Below, one piece after another: positions 51,501 through 61,990 of a stretch of 64,000 nt of DNA; the first letter of the stretch is position 1; each line of letters opens with the position of its first letter. The notes under the pieces were generated by a model. That model was not told the DNA's origin, did not search any database, and saw only the letters and a list, made by a program, of their open reading frames with translations. Source of the DNA: Macrostomum lignano (lineage: Eukaryota); NCBI GenBank assembly GCA_002269645.1, contig NIVC01001153.1:62001-126000 (forward strand), read 5' to 3'. The translations under genes and the position numbers were made by a program.

Positions 51501-53305
51501 GCGATCTGTCATTCTGCTGAACCTGGGAATTGTCCTGCACACCCGTTGAAAGCAATACCGTGACACAGTCGCTAAAAGTCCTTGACAACAACTCACTAGT
51601 CTACGGCTCCAGTCACTTGCGCCGCCCCAGAGTCGTTTTAGAGTCGCAGACAAGAAAAAACGCTTCAAAGTGACTCTTCTTGGCTTGGGTACCATTTTCA
51701 ACGGAACGATCCATCCCCTTGTGTTTTTTAAAAATTGTACTTTTAAAATGATGCATCCAGTTCTGCTTCTGTTTAAAAAAAAAGCTGAAGACAACATTAT
51801 ACCAAATCTATTCTGATTGAAGATGTTAAAACATTACATTTAAAAATCGGCTTTCAAAGCTAAAATTTAATTCTTCATTTGTAAATATTTCAAACAACCA
51901 ATTCTCAGAACATCAAGAAGAACATGAAGACCTACAGTCGCCGGTTCGAGAAAGAGGATCTGCAGTCCTCCACTCGCGCCAGCAAAGAGCTGCTCGAGAA
52001 ACGCGCCCGACTCAAGACCGAGTACGAGAAATGGCGCGCCAAGTTGCTCGAGAAGTTCCGCGGCGAGAAGCAGAAACGCTTGGAGCTGAGAGGTAAGTTA
52101 AGGTCTTAAGGAGGGGCAGCAGGATCTAAAGGGAGGGGCAGCAGGCACTGAAGGATCTGAGGGGAGGGGCAGCAGCCACTGAAGGATCTGAGGGGAGGGG
52201 CAGCAGGCACTGAAGGATCTGAGGGGAGGGGCAGCAGCCACTGAAGGATCTGAGGGGAGGGGCAGCAGTTACTGAAGGATCTGAGGGGAGGGGCAGCAGG
52301 CACTGAAGGATCTGAGGGGAGGGGCAGCAGCATGAAGGCACTGAAGGATCTGAGGGCAGGGGCAGCAGCCACTGAAGGATCTGAGGGGAGGGGCAGCAGT
52401 TACTGAAGGATCTGAGGGGAGGGGCAGCAGTTACTGAAGGATCTGAGGGGAGGGGCAGCAGGCACTGAAGGATCTGAGGGGAGGGGCAGCAGCATGAAGG
52501 CACTGAAGGATCTGAGGGCAGGGGCAGCAGCCACTGAAGGATCTGAGGGGAGGGGCAGCAGGCACTGAAGGATCTGAGGGGAGGGGCAGCAGCCACTGAA
52601 GGATCTGAGGGGAGGGGCAGCAGTTACTGAAGGATCTGAGGGGAGGGGCAGCAGGCACTGAAGGATCTGAGGGGAGGGGCAGCAGCATGAAGGCACTGAA
52701 GGATCTGAGGGCAGGGGCAGCAGCCACTGAAGGATCTGAGGGGAGGGGCAGCAGGCACTGAAGGAGCTGGGGGGAGGGGCAGCAGGCACTGAAGGATCTG
52801 AGGGGAGGGGCAGCAGCCACTGAAGGATCTGAGGGGAGGGGCAGCAGTTACTGAAGGATCTGAGGGGAGGGGCAGCAGGCACTGAAGGATCTGAGGGGAG
52901 GGGCAGCAGCATGAAGGCACTGAAGGATCTGAGGGGAGGGGCAGCAGCATGAAGGCACTGAGGGATCTGAGGGGAGGGGCAGCAGCATGAAGGCACTGAA
53001 GGATCTGAGGGGAGGGGCAGCAGGCACTGAAGGATCTGAGGGGAGGGGCAGCAGGCACTGAAGGATCTGAGGGGAGGGGCAGCAGGCACTGAAGGATCTG
53101 AGGGGAGGGGCAGCAGGCACTGAAGGATTTTGAAGGCCTACAAAGAGCCGCCAATGCCGCACTGACCCCTGAACCACCTGACACCACAGGCGTGGACACG
53201 GACGAGCTGGACAGCAACGCGCAGGATTTCGTAGAGGAGACGCTGGAATTCCCCATCAAGGTGGAACGCATTCGCATTGACAAGCTGCCCCAGGTTGCTG
53301 AGTAG
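39504..53305 (+). CDS. EIF3B: Eukaryotic translation initiation factor 3 subunit B; exons 39504-39585, 47381-48050, 50116-50524, 50867-51484, 51909-52092, 53190-53305
   Basis: [84 protein letters not shown]; canonical phase-compatible splice sites. Confidence 0.95.
40560..41880 (-). mobile_element. 5'-truncated Penelope-like retroelement (RT C-terminus + GIY-YIG endonuclease + 3' tail), interrupted by a MITE
   Basis: HWKSGLVRCLLHRANE...FLRSNGYP (RT thumb) and GVVYQFRC..SYIRKTKRHLHTRAREH...IEASYIRMHKPNLN (GIY-YIG), with a frameshift between them. Confidence 0.85.
40791..41177. mobile_element. hAT-type MITE, 387 bp
   Basis: TIRs TAGAGGTTGGACGGGAT / ATCCCGTCCGACCTCTA (1 mismatch); perfect 8-bp TSD ACTCTTAG. 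Confidence 0.9.
42126..42354. mobile_element. Candidate MITE
   Basis: CTGGGTTTTTTT / AAAAAAACCTAG ends, ATTTTATG/ATTTTATA flanks, internal repeated GGGTGC/GCACCC motifs. Confidence 0.5.
43417..43682. mobile_element. hAT-type MITE, 266 bp
   Basis: Perfect 14-bp TIR CATACATGCGCAAC and perfect 8-bp TSD AATGTCAC. Confidence 0.9.
43740..44070. repeat. Decayed ~58-bp tandem repeat (GATCTGGCACTAGTGGCT...)
   Basis: About 6 diverged copies. Confidence 0.7.
45950..46560 (-). mobile_element. Degraded Ty3/Gypsy-like gag relic
   Basis: IEVWLKHLDHYLTYK..KAKVATL and QQLSESLARFIASLKALLSHCNF resemble retrotransposon gag; interrupted by stops and frameshifts. Confidence 0.55.
48100..50060. repeat. 38/34-bp minisatellite (ACCCTCACCTTTAACTGTCCTTGAGTCCCTGTCACAA)
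   Basis: About 50 copies filling eIF3b intron 2. Confidence 0.95.
50570..50790. repeat. ~30-bp minisatellite (AAATCGCCCTTAAATGTCCCC.TCTGCTG)
   Basis: About 7 copies in eIF3b intron 3. Confidence 0.85.
52110..53130. repeat. 30-33-bp G-rich minisatellite (same family as 27895)
   Basis: About 33 copies filling eIF3b intron 5. Confidence 0.95.
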
Positions 53306-54684
53306 TCCGCCAGGCCAGACCAATTGACTCCTTTGTCTGCTGTCGTTGTGTGCGTGCCCAGTGCCGTGTCTGATACAATAGTATCGCCGTCTCCGCCTAT
53401 TTTTAGCCCAGTCTGAGTCCGTATCTTTAGATAAATTTTGGTCACCACAGGCCGTTGCAATGTCGGCGCTGCACTTGTGCGGTGCCTCTTGCCGCCTGTT
53501 GACCCAATCGGCATTGTGCTGCCACTTCTCCCAGCTGCAGCCTGTGCCATTCTGCGATTATAATTTGTTAGTTCAAAGTTCCCTGTTATCTCCTGTCCGT
53601 GTTCCATCTTTGTCTTAACTTCCTCGAACCGTTTTGTGTGACTCCAGAGATTTCTATCGACATTGTGCTTCTTGTTGTTTGCTGTTGCGTTTTTCTGTCG
53701 CTAGCCGAAAATTTGCTAAATTATTTTTTGCCAGCTTTTCAAACACTCGGTTGTGGGTTTATTTCTTGTGTCAAGTTATTGGGTTATGACTGATGAATGT
53801 TTATCTATGATGATGAGGGTCTGTGCTCTGTGTGACTTGCTTGATGCTTCTTCCATATTTAAAATTCTGTTCCTGTTAATTTCATTCGTTTGTTTGTTTA
53901 TTAACTCCTTTTCTGTGCCTCCCGAATGTCTCCGCCCCTTGATAGCCTCTATATACATATATTATACTGTTGCTGGATCTAATATTTAATAATTAATCAT
54001 ATTGATAAATTGTGTACTAGCAGGCCCAGAATTTATTATTGTGTTAATTCATGCTTAACTGTTTAGCGCTCTGTTTGTGTCCACTTGACAGCAAGTCAAT
54101 TATAATTTATGGTGTCTGCTAATGCTGACCGATGCGCACGCTATTGGGAATTTGTGCTGGATAAAACATCTTGCGCGCGTTCTGGCTTTGTTCTAATTTT
54201 ATTTCCTGTCAATCATTGCACAGTCATTAGAGCCGAAAGTGCCCAGCAAATCTAATTGTTTTTATTTGCAACAGAAAGCACTTTCGGTGTCATACCTGTG
54301 CTACAGCAGTTGTCATTTTGCCATCTGAAACAGATTGAAGTGCGTCTAAATCGATCGATATTTTACAGTGCTGCAGCGCATCTTATTTTGTGCAGCATTG
54401 TTATCTTTTTTTAATCAAGCGAAATCGGCGAGTTTAAAAAATTCGCATACGCACTTCTTCTTTCAATTGGCACACATACATAAATAAGACATAATTTATA
54501 TTTTTGAAAATTGACATTTCTACATAATCATCGCACTACGAGGGGTGTCCCAGAAGTAGTGCCACTTTTGCTTGCTTCCACAAGTATTAATGTATGTTTA
54601 AAAAATCATATGCCTTAAAAGTTAGCGGCTTATTTTTGCTTTCATGCCACGAAAGTCCGGTTTTTATAAGTGCTTCCTGCTATG

Positions 54685-56001
54685 TAGGGGTGTTCGGGAT
54701 GGCATTTTTTCGGGGTTCGGGGTTAACCCCGATCCCGAACATCTTTCGGGAATCCCGAACCCCGTCCCGAACATTTATCGGGAACCCCGAACCTTTCAGT
54801 TCAACTTAAGGTTGATGTGAAATTAATTTTAGGCAGGTTGCATTTCTTTTGATGTGTGAAACATCATGTGCCTCTTTCTCTGCAGAAATGGAAGCTATCT
54901 TATCAATCAAGAATCAATCTCTCTTTATCTTAATCTCGTTTACTTAGTCTTTGGTGGCATTGCCATTGAAGCACGTTGACGCTAGTAAACACTAAAATAA
55001 TCTGAATTCTCATGTCATCTAATCTGAATGATCAGACTACCAAGTGATGATAGAATAGAACGCGAGTCACTTTACAGTCTCTGGCTCAACGAATATGGCA
55101 TACAGCTAATCGAACTTGTCTCGCAAGAACATTAACTTGCTGAGCGATGAGCTGGAAAGGATGCAGCGTTCCTTATGCTTTAGAAAACCGGCAGCACTGA
55201 AGGCGCACTCTGATGGGACAGATGATGCTGGGGCAGTGAGGTGAAGCTTAGCGAGCTCTGCCAGCTCTGGAAGATTAGCGGAGTTCTGCTTCCAGAATTC
55301 GCTGACTGCTACCTGAAAATTCTGCTGCGCCAGACTCCTGTACAGAGAAAGCTGATCAGCTGCTCTGCGCCTCGCTTCCTTCTTCCTCGCGTCTCCTCTG
55401 GCGCCAGAGTTCGATGCAGTCGCATTGCACTCCTGAGTGGTAATTCCAGATAATCTGCAGAACTGCAAAAACTTGCATCCAGAGCTCTCTTCAGTACCTG
55501 TAGTGCACTGCTATTTCGGGTCTCTCCTTCGCTCTCTCACTTTTTAGCCTTCCCCCGTGCCTCGGCATTGCGTGTACGCCCTTGCACTGTTACGCAACAG
55601 TGGCACGTTGTGCTCACTAGCTCGCATGTACTCAAACTAGTATATATATGCTTAAATATACGGCCATGAGAGCCCAACTTCTGCACTCACACAAGCGCAC
55701 TACAATACCCGAAATGACATTATCGTGCATCTCCTCGGTAGCGGCCATTGTATTTGCGCTGCTGGCAGCAGCAGCGGCATCTTGCCCAGAAAGCTGCTCA
55801 AGGCTCCAGATGACCTCACGTTAAAAACGAAGAAAAGCTAATTCTAATTCATAAGGATTTTTCGTAGTTCTATGGTGAATTCAGAAAATTTGCGAAACCC
55901 CGAAATCCCGGTCCAAAATCCCGTCCCGAACCCCGATCCCGAACATTCATCGGGACCCCGAATCCCGCCCCCGAACCCCGACCTAACCCCGAACACCCCT
56001 A
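54685..56001 (-). mobile_element. Internally deleted hAT DNA transposon, 1317 bp
   Basis: Perfect TIR TAGGGGTGTTCGGG, 8-bp TSD CTGCTATG/CTGCTGTG, subterminal CCCGAA repeats, and a hAT dimerisation domain (FWKQN..LPELA.LA..L.APASSVPSE.AFS.AG) at 55106-55468. Confidence 0.92.
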
Positions 56002-56760
56002 CTGCTGTGAGCAGCATGCATTACCCTTGGCCGTAGAAATGCACACCGCATAGTGCTTCTATGCTCACTCAGAAGAAAGCCCTCCTGAAATTTCGGATCC
56101 CAACTACCCGTTAGCAAGCTGCGCTTATCAAAGGAGATTTCGGCTTCCAGTAAACCATCAAAATCAGACTTGATGAGGAAGGCTATTAGAGACTCCACAG
56201 TCCACTGATCCTGACTAACGGGTGTGGAGTATTCGAAAATCTGTCCTAGCAGCGTCTTTACAGTTCGAGCCTTTAAGCTATCAGACCAATCCAAGATAAG
56301 CATGCATAGCCAGTCTACGCAGGAATTGAACAGTTCAATGGTCTTCTATTAGGCCGTCTCCAGCAAAGAGTTCGTACAAGTTCCTAGCGATGGAGTCAGA
56401 CGTCAAAGTATCCGTGCTGACCTTCATCAGTTCAAACGGATCGCGGTCGAGCTGCAGCGGATCTCTCGGCACACTACCTAACGCGTCGAAGCCCACCTGT
56501 TGGTTGAAATTTCCGCAGGAGAATTCGTATAGAAATCCTGACAAGGATTGGCACTTCTGTTCATCCAGCCGAGCATGCGGGTGACCTCGGACAGGCTCAC
56601 CGCGGTCAGCGTGGTGCTGTTGAACTTCACAGTAGGAGCGATGCAAACTCCTCCGCATTGCACCTCCGCTACTAGACGCAGCAGGGCTGCGGCTAGCAGC
56701 ACAAAACTATAAGACGTCACCAAGCTATTCAAGATTTCCCCAGAGCTAAGCGAAATCAAC
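56002..56760 (-). pseudogene. Neprilysin/M13 peptidase N-terminal fragment with two frameshifts, ending at the hAT insertion
   Basis: Hydrophobic anchor, then NPCQDFY/EFSCGNF (frameshift near 56529) and LFNSCVD (second shift near 56345); no catalytic domain found. Confidence 0.6.
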
Positions 56761-57104
56761 CCGACAGTTCTCAAGAGAGAGAGGGTGATAAAATTTATAG
56801 CCAAATTTTGTTAAAATTATTTCTAGCTACAGTGTCTTAATCCAATTTTGGTAAACAGAAAATTGCTACATTTTTGTTGGCGCGAAACTCTTATTGAAAA
56901 AAAGAAACCACGAGCCTGAAAACAAACAAAAAACAACAATTAATTACATCGTTAATTCCAGTCTTTCGCTTTGTTTAAGCAGACACTACCAAAATCAAGC
57001 GGTATATTTACACTTAGCAATGGCTATCATAGAAATTAATAATTTGTACAGATTTCGTCGAAAACCACTAAGTAAGTTCCAGGATCATAAAGCGAGGCTA
57101 GGGA

Positions 57105-57980
57105 ATTGGGGATAATAAAGTGAAACTCGAGATCAGGAAGTGACACTCGGGAACTGGGGATCAGGAAGTGAAACTCGGGAACTGAAAGTAGGGATCAGGA
57201 AGTGACACTCGGGAACTGAAAGTAGGGATCAGGAAGTGACACTCGGGCACTGGAAGTAGGGATCAGGAAGTGACGTTAGGGAACTGAAAGTAGGGATCAG
57301 GAAGTGACACTCGGGAACTGAAAGTAGGGATCAGGAAGTGACACTCGGGCACTGGAAGTAGGGATCAGGAAGTGACGTTAGGGAACTGAAAGTAGGGATC
57401 AGGAAGTGAAACTCGGAAACTGAAAGTAGGGATCAGGAAGTGAAACTCGGAAACTGAAAGTAGGGATCAGGAAGTGAAACTCGGAAACTGAAAGTAGGGA
57501 TCAGGAAGTGAAACTCGGAAACTGAAAGTAGGGATCAGGAAGTGAAACTCGGAAACTGAAATTAGGGATCAGGAAGTAACACTCGGGAACTGAAATTAGG
57601 GATCAGGAAGTAACACTCGGGAACTGAAATTAGGGATAAGGAAGTAACACTCGGGAACTGGGGATCAGGAAGTAACACTCGGGAACTGGGGATCAGGAAG
57701 TAACACCCGGGAACTGGGGATCAGGAAGTAACACTCGGGAACTGAAATTAGGGATCAGGAAGTAACACTCGGGAACTGGGGATCAGGAAGTAATGCTCGG
57801 GAACTGGGGATCAGGAAGTGATGCTCGGGAACTGGGGATCAGGAAGTAACACCCGGGAACTGGGGATCAGGAAGTGACGCTCGGGAACTGGGGATCAGGA
57901 AGTAACACCCGGGAACTGGGGATCAGGAAGTGACGCTCGGGAACTGGGGATCAGGAAGTGACGCTCGGGAACTGGGATTA
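57105..57980. repeat. 38-to-29-bp minisatellite (GGGATCAGGAAGTGACACTCGGGAACTG[AAAGTA])
   Basis: About 25 copies; the unit shortens along the array. Confidence 0.95.
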
Positions 57981-58117
57981 AAATAAAAAACTGAAAAAAA
58001 CTCACTTCTTGTTTCTGCAACGCAGAATTTTTCTCAACTTTTACCTTTAAAAGATGAATAACAATAGGCGACTCCCCGTTCGGGTTCATAAAAGATAAAA
58101 ATTCCAGTTATGCCATT

Positions 58118-58793
58118 TTATCCGTGACTAGCCAGTACATGAAAAAAATGAAACACTTCGTCGGAATCTTGCACGGCAACCACTGTGCCGCATACCGAAC
58201 ACCGCACAGGGTGGTAAACTTCTTCGTGATTAGTTGTTCCACTATTCCTACCGCCGCCTCCATCGCCCAGAGAGGTAGCATCGGTGGCATTTAAAGTTTC
58301 ATTCGTATTGACGCAACAATTGGTAACGAACATGGCTCTGTACTGATTCTTGTAGCGAACGTGGCGTTGACAATCGAGACAGACCAACGACATGCAGGCT
58401 GGGCAGTTGAGCACCGCGTCTGTGGACCGGCCAGCGCCCGACAAGGCGGTACCGCGCAGCCGATCAACCCACTGCTGGTCAGCTGCGTCAGCATCTGGAT
58501 CGTAGTGCGGAGCTGGCGGCGTCTCCGCTGTGCCATCAGCGCCTTTACTGATGGCAGCTGCACCGCCTACGGCAAGCTCAGTCTCCTCGTCTACATCTTC
58601 ATCAAAGTCCTCATCCTCTGGAATCTCTTCGCGATCCTGAAATTTTTGTTGCCTTGCATTTGTTTCTTAACAGTTGTAAGAGCTGATAGCTTATGACGTT
58701 CTCGAGACTGCGTCAAGGACTACTTAAGTAGAAGAATGGGAACCTACGCTTCTTAAAAACATTTTAGGAGACAGGTTTTACCGAAAAATTCAT
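58118..58793 (-). CDS. EAPP: E2F-associated phosphoprotein; main exon 58636-58118, tentative first exon 58793-58782 (MNFS)
   Basis: [53 protein letters not shown]...[15 protein letters not shown]. Confidence 0.88.
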
Positions 58794-58812
58794 TATGGTT
58801 AGTTAGCTGGCA

Positions 58813-59215
58813 GGGTCGCCATCATAAACCCGAAATATCATAAATCCGAAATGTCACAAACCCGAAATATCACAACTCCGAAAACCAAAATAGCATTGCC
58901 CATCACAAACCCGACATATCACAACTCCGAAAGCGTTAGCAACGCACAACATAAACCTGAAATATCACAAACCCGAAATATCATAACCAAAATAGTGTTG
59001 GACATTGCTAGAACTTTGAAGTTATGATATTTCGGGTTTATGATGGGCAATGCTATTTTTTCGTAGTTATGATATTTCAGGTTTATGATGTGTGTTGCTA
59101 TCAATTTCGGAGTTATGATATTTCGGGTCTTTGCTATTACGGGTTTATGATATTTCGTGGTTTATGATGGAAAGCTCTTTTCGGAGTTGTGATTTTTCGG
59201 GGTTGTGATGCCCCC
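58813..59215. mobile_element. Fold-back MITE with long repeat-built inverted arms
   Basis: Left arm made of ATCA(T/C)AAACCCGAAAT units mirrors the right arm; flanked by direct repeat AGCTGGCA (58805-58812, 59216-59223). Confidence 0.8.
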
Positions 59216-59237
59216 AGCTGGCACACTCCAAGCGACA

Positions 59238-59497
59238 TTGTCACACAACCGGCGAGAGGCATTACTGCCCATTCCGCCGACTCCCCTGAGCAGGCACACA
59301 AGCGCGCGGATACGTACGCAGTCATACGCACAGGCACACACTCACACAGGAGTGTACATCGACCCAAACTTTATATTATCGTTAGGCATGTACACTTCAC
59401 TGCGCCTTGGGGGTTGGCCCTCAAGGGCGTTAATTGACGAGCAGACTCGAAATTAATGTGACTGCACTTGGAATCGAGCCCGCGGGCCGCTGACACA
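59238..59497 (-). mobile_element. tRNA-derived SINE copy, 5'-truncated
   Basis: Inverted homolog of 60421-60715; B box GGCTCGATTCC; abuts an (ATCA)n run. Confidence 0.75.
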
Positions 59498-60191
59498 TCA
59501 ATCAATCAATCAATCAATCAATACAGCTATATAAGAAGAGGCAAGACATGTCAAAAAGATGAACTTTTGTGCTGAAGAAATGAAAACCTCCAATCTCTGC
59601 AATGTATTTTGTTCGGTAAAACCTAGAAGCCACATCAAACTTTAGAAACCCACTTTAAATGTTCAACTAGCAAAGGGGGGGGGGGTGAGCATGAGCTCAG
59701 CGTATTCCGAGGTTAGCAGGTTTCGACTGTTTTTCGGTTTAGTTAAACGTACTCTGACTTAAACTGTCCATTGGGCTGTTTTTTCTCTCATTCTTTTCAT
59801 TTTTATATCGTGTTTAGACAAAATCACTTACACGGGGTGTACTGTACAGTGAACCTGACTTAGAATACGTGAATCGAATGGAAAAAAAAAACTGTTTTAT
59901 AAAGTCATTCAGCTGTTTTTCAGAAAAATGATTAATTTTGTATACCATCATGATGTTTTTATGGTATATTAAATCGCATAAATAAATTAGTTGGTTATTA
60001 TTTATGAAACAATGCAAGAAAAAATTATCAGGAGTCAGGACAGATTCGGCACAAACAGAAATTTAAGTAGGAAAACAATATTGAAGTTAATATCTATTAA
60101 AAAGGCACAGCAGTCTAAAAGATTGTAGAGCAAAACAACTTATAAAAACCGTTCAAAGAGTTCTGTGTAAATAAAGTAGACAACAAGCTGG

Positions 60192-61990
60192 TCAGTAGCG
60201 TTTGCCGAGCTGCAGCGGATACGGCGGCAGATTGGCACCAGACGGAAACTTCAGCTGTGGCGGATTCTGAGGCGGACAAAACCCGAACGCCTGCAGGCAA
60301 ATGATGGATTTTTACAAATATAATGTAATGAAAGTTATGAAAGTCAGGGTCGATGTACACCCTGAGCTCTTGCCTGCCTACGTATTCGTGTACGTGTCAT
60401 GGAATAGGCATGACTGACTAGGGGGAGGGCGTAGCCCAGTGGTCCAGCGCGGGGCTCTGATGTGCCAGCGGCTCCCAGGCTCGATTTCAAGTGCAATCTA
60501 ATTAATTTAGGGCTCGTGCAATTAACGGCCTTGAAGGCCAACCCCCCAAAGCACAGTGAAGTGTACATGCCTAACGATAATATAAAGTTAGGGCCGGTGT
60601 ACACTCCTGTGTGAGTGTGTGCCTGTGCGTATGACTGCGTACGTATCCGCGCGCTTGTGTGCCTGCTCAGGGGAGTCGGCGGAATGGGCAGTAATGCCTC
60701 TCGCCGGTTTGTGTAACTCTTAAAATCAGCACTCACTCTGGATCCTTGACAATATTCGTAATCGTACAGCGGTGTCTGTTGCGGCGGAGGTTGAGGCGGA
60801 ACGAACGCCGAGCGCATTCCACCATACGGAACAGACTGGTGCTGGTTGGCATAATTGTAGTTAAAAGAAGAGGGCGACTGTGGCTGCTGGACCTGCAGCG
60901 GCGCCGGCTGCCACTGATCGCCAATGTCGCCAGTGTAATACGAAGGATGGTGCTGAACTTGGCTAAGAAATTCTTCCGGCATCACAGGACGACTACAATG
61001 ACTTGGATCATGATAGGCATCCAGATGCTGTGGTGGATTATAATAATAATTTGAATCGTGGCCAATTTGATGCCTTAGATGGTGAAAGTCTTCATTTGAC
61101 GGAGCAGCAATACTGTTAACCATGGCCTCAACAGAGCTTAGGGACGACGACTCGACCGCAGCAGTAGCAGCGGGGTTGTCGGCAACAGCCGCGGTCAAAT
61201 TTCTACAGTCAACCAGAGGCGGAGGCGGCGGCAGCACCTGAACATTTGGTGCAGTTGGTGGCGACCACGCGGACGCCGTTTCCATAGCAGCGGCGGCACG
61301 AATTTTGCGCCAATTGGCACTTTTAGCTGGCAGATCTTTGAAAAGTACTTTTTTAGATTGTTTATAGAATTTTTTCGGTCTGCTTCTGGCACTAGAAGAG
61401 GACTGTATCTGCTCTCGTGGAACAAATGTGTAAATATCAGCCAGTGGTATATCTTTATCCAGCAGGCCGGCATCTTTGAGGGCTTGCAGCACTTTGTTAA
61501 CCAGATGCTCATCCGGCGGAATCCAGCGCAGCTGTACCTTACCATAGGCGCCGCTTTTCCAATCCATGTACTGCGACTTGTGATTGACGAAGCAATGCTT
61601 CGACAGGCCCTGTATGCTAGTTTTGTGCACTAGACAGAACGGACAATTGACAGACTGCTTCGCTGAGTTGGTGTTGAACTGGTAGCGACCGAAGCAGTTA
61701 ATAAAGAATGGCGAAGCACTAGCCAACATGTCGGCTGGTAGACTTTCAATGTTAAACGCGCTGCTGGATGAGCTGCTACTGGCATCCATAACGCTGGCTA
61801 TAGCGGCAGAGTATCTGCAGCGCCCTTTCACGCTTAGCTGGTGCCTTTCAAGATTGCGAGACGATACAAATGATTTGCCGCACTTGTTACAAAAGTGGCT
61901 CTTCTTGCGAGGCTTTGGTGATAGTATCGTTACTTGTTGATGTAGCTGTTCTTGCAGCTTCTCAGTTGGCTCCATTATTAGTTCTGTCAT
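60192..61990 (-). CDS. Zinc-finger protein (exons 61990-60737, 60290-60192; ~450 aa)
   Basis: CNKCGKSFVSSRNLERH and CPFC..K.SIQGLSKHCFVNH fingers, then a P/Q/S-rich tail; phase-0 GTGAGT donor at 60736 and CTGCAG acceptor at 60291. Confidence 0.75.
60421..60715 (+). mobile_element. tRNA-derived SINE in the zinc-finger gene intron
   Basis: A box TAGCCCAGTGGT and B box GGCTCGATTTC; second copy at 59238-59497. Confidence 0.75.

Noticed and set aside
53305-53990. Minus-strand ORF pieces after eIF3b as a retroelement protein
   Set aside because: No motif I could recognise with confidence.
60421-60500. tRNA gene
   Set aside because: A and B boxes continue into a repeated non-tRNA body with a second copy nearby, so it is a SINE head.
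59238-60715. One large transposon with 250-bp TIRs
   Set aside because: No TSD at the outer ends, arms of unequal length with Pol III boxes, and a host exon lies between them.
60344-60736. C-terminal 130 aa of the 548-aa zinc-finger ORF as real coding sequence
   Set aside because: It reads through an antisense SINE; a phase-0 GTGAGT donor and matching acceptor give a more plausible last exon.
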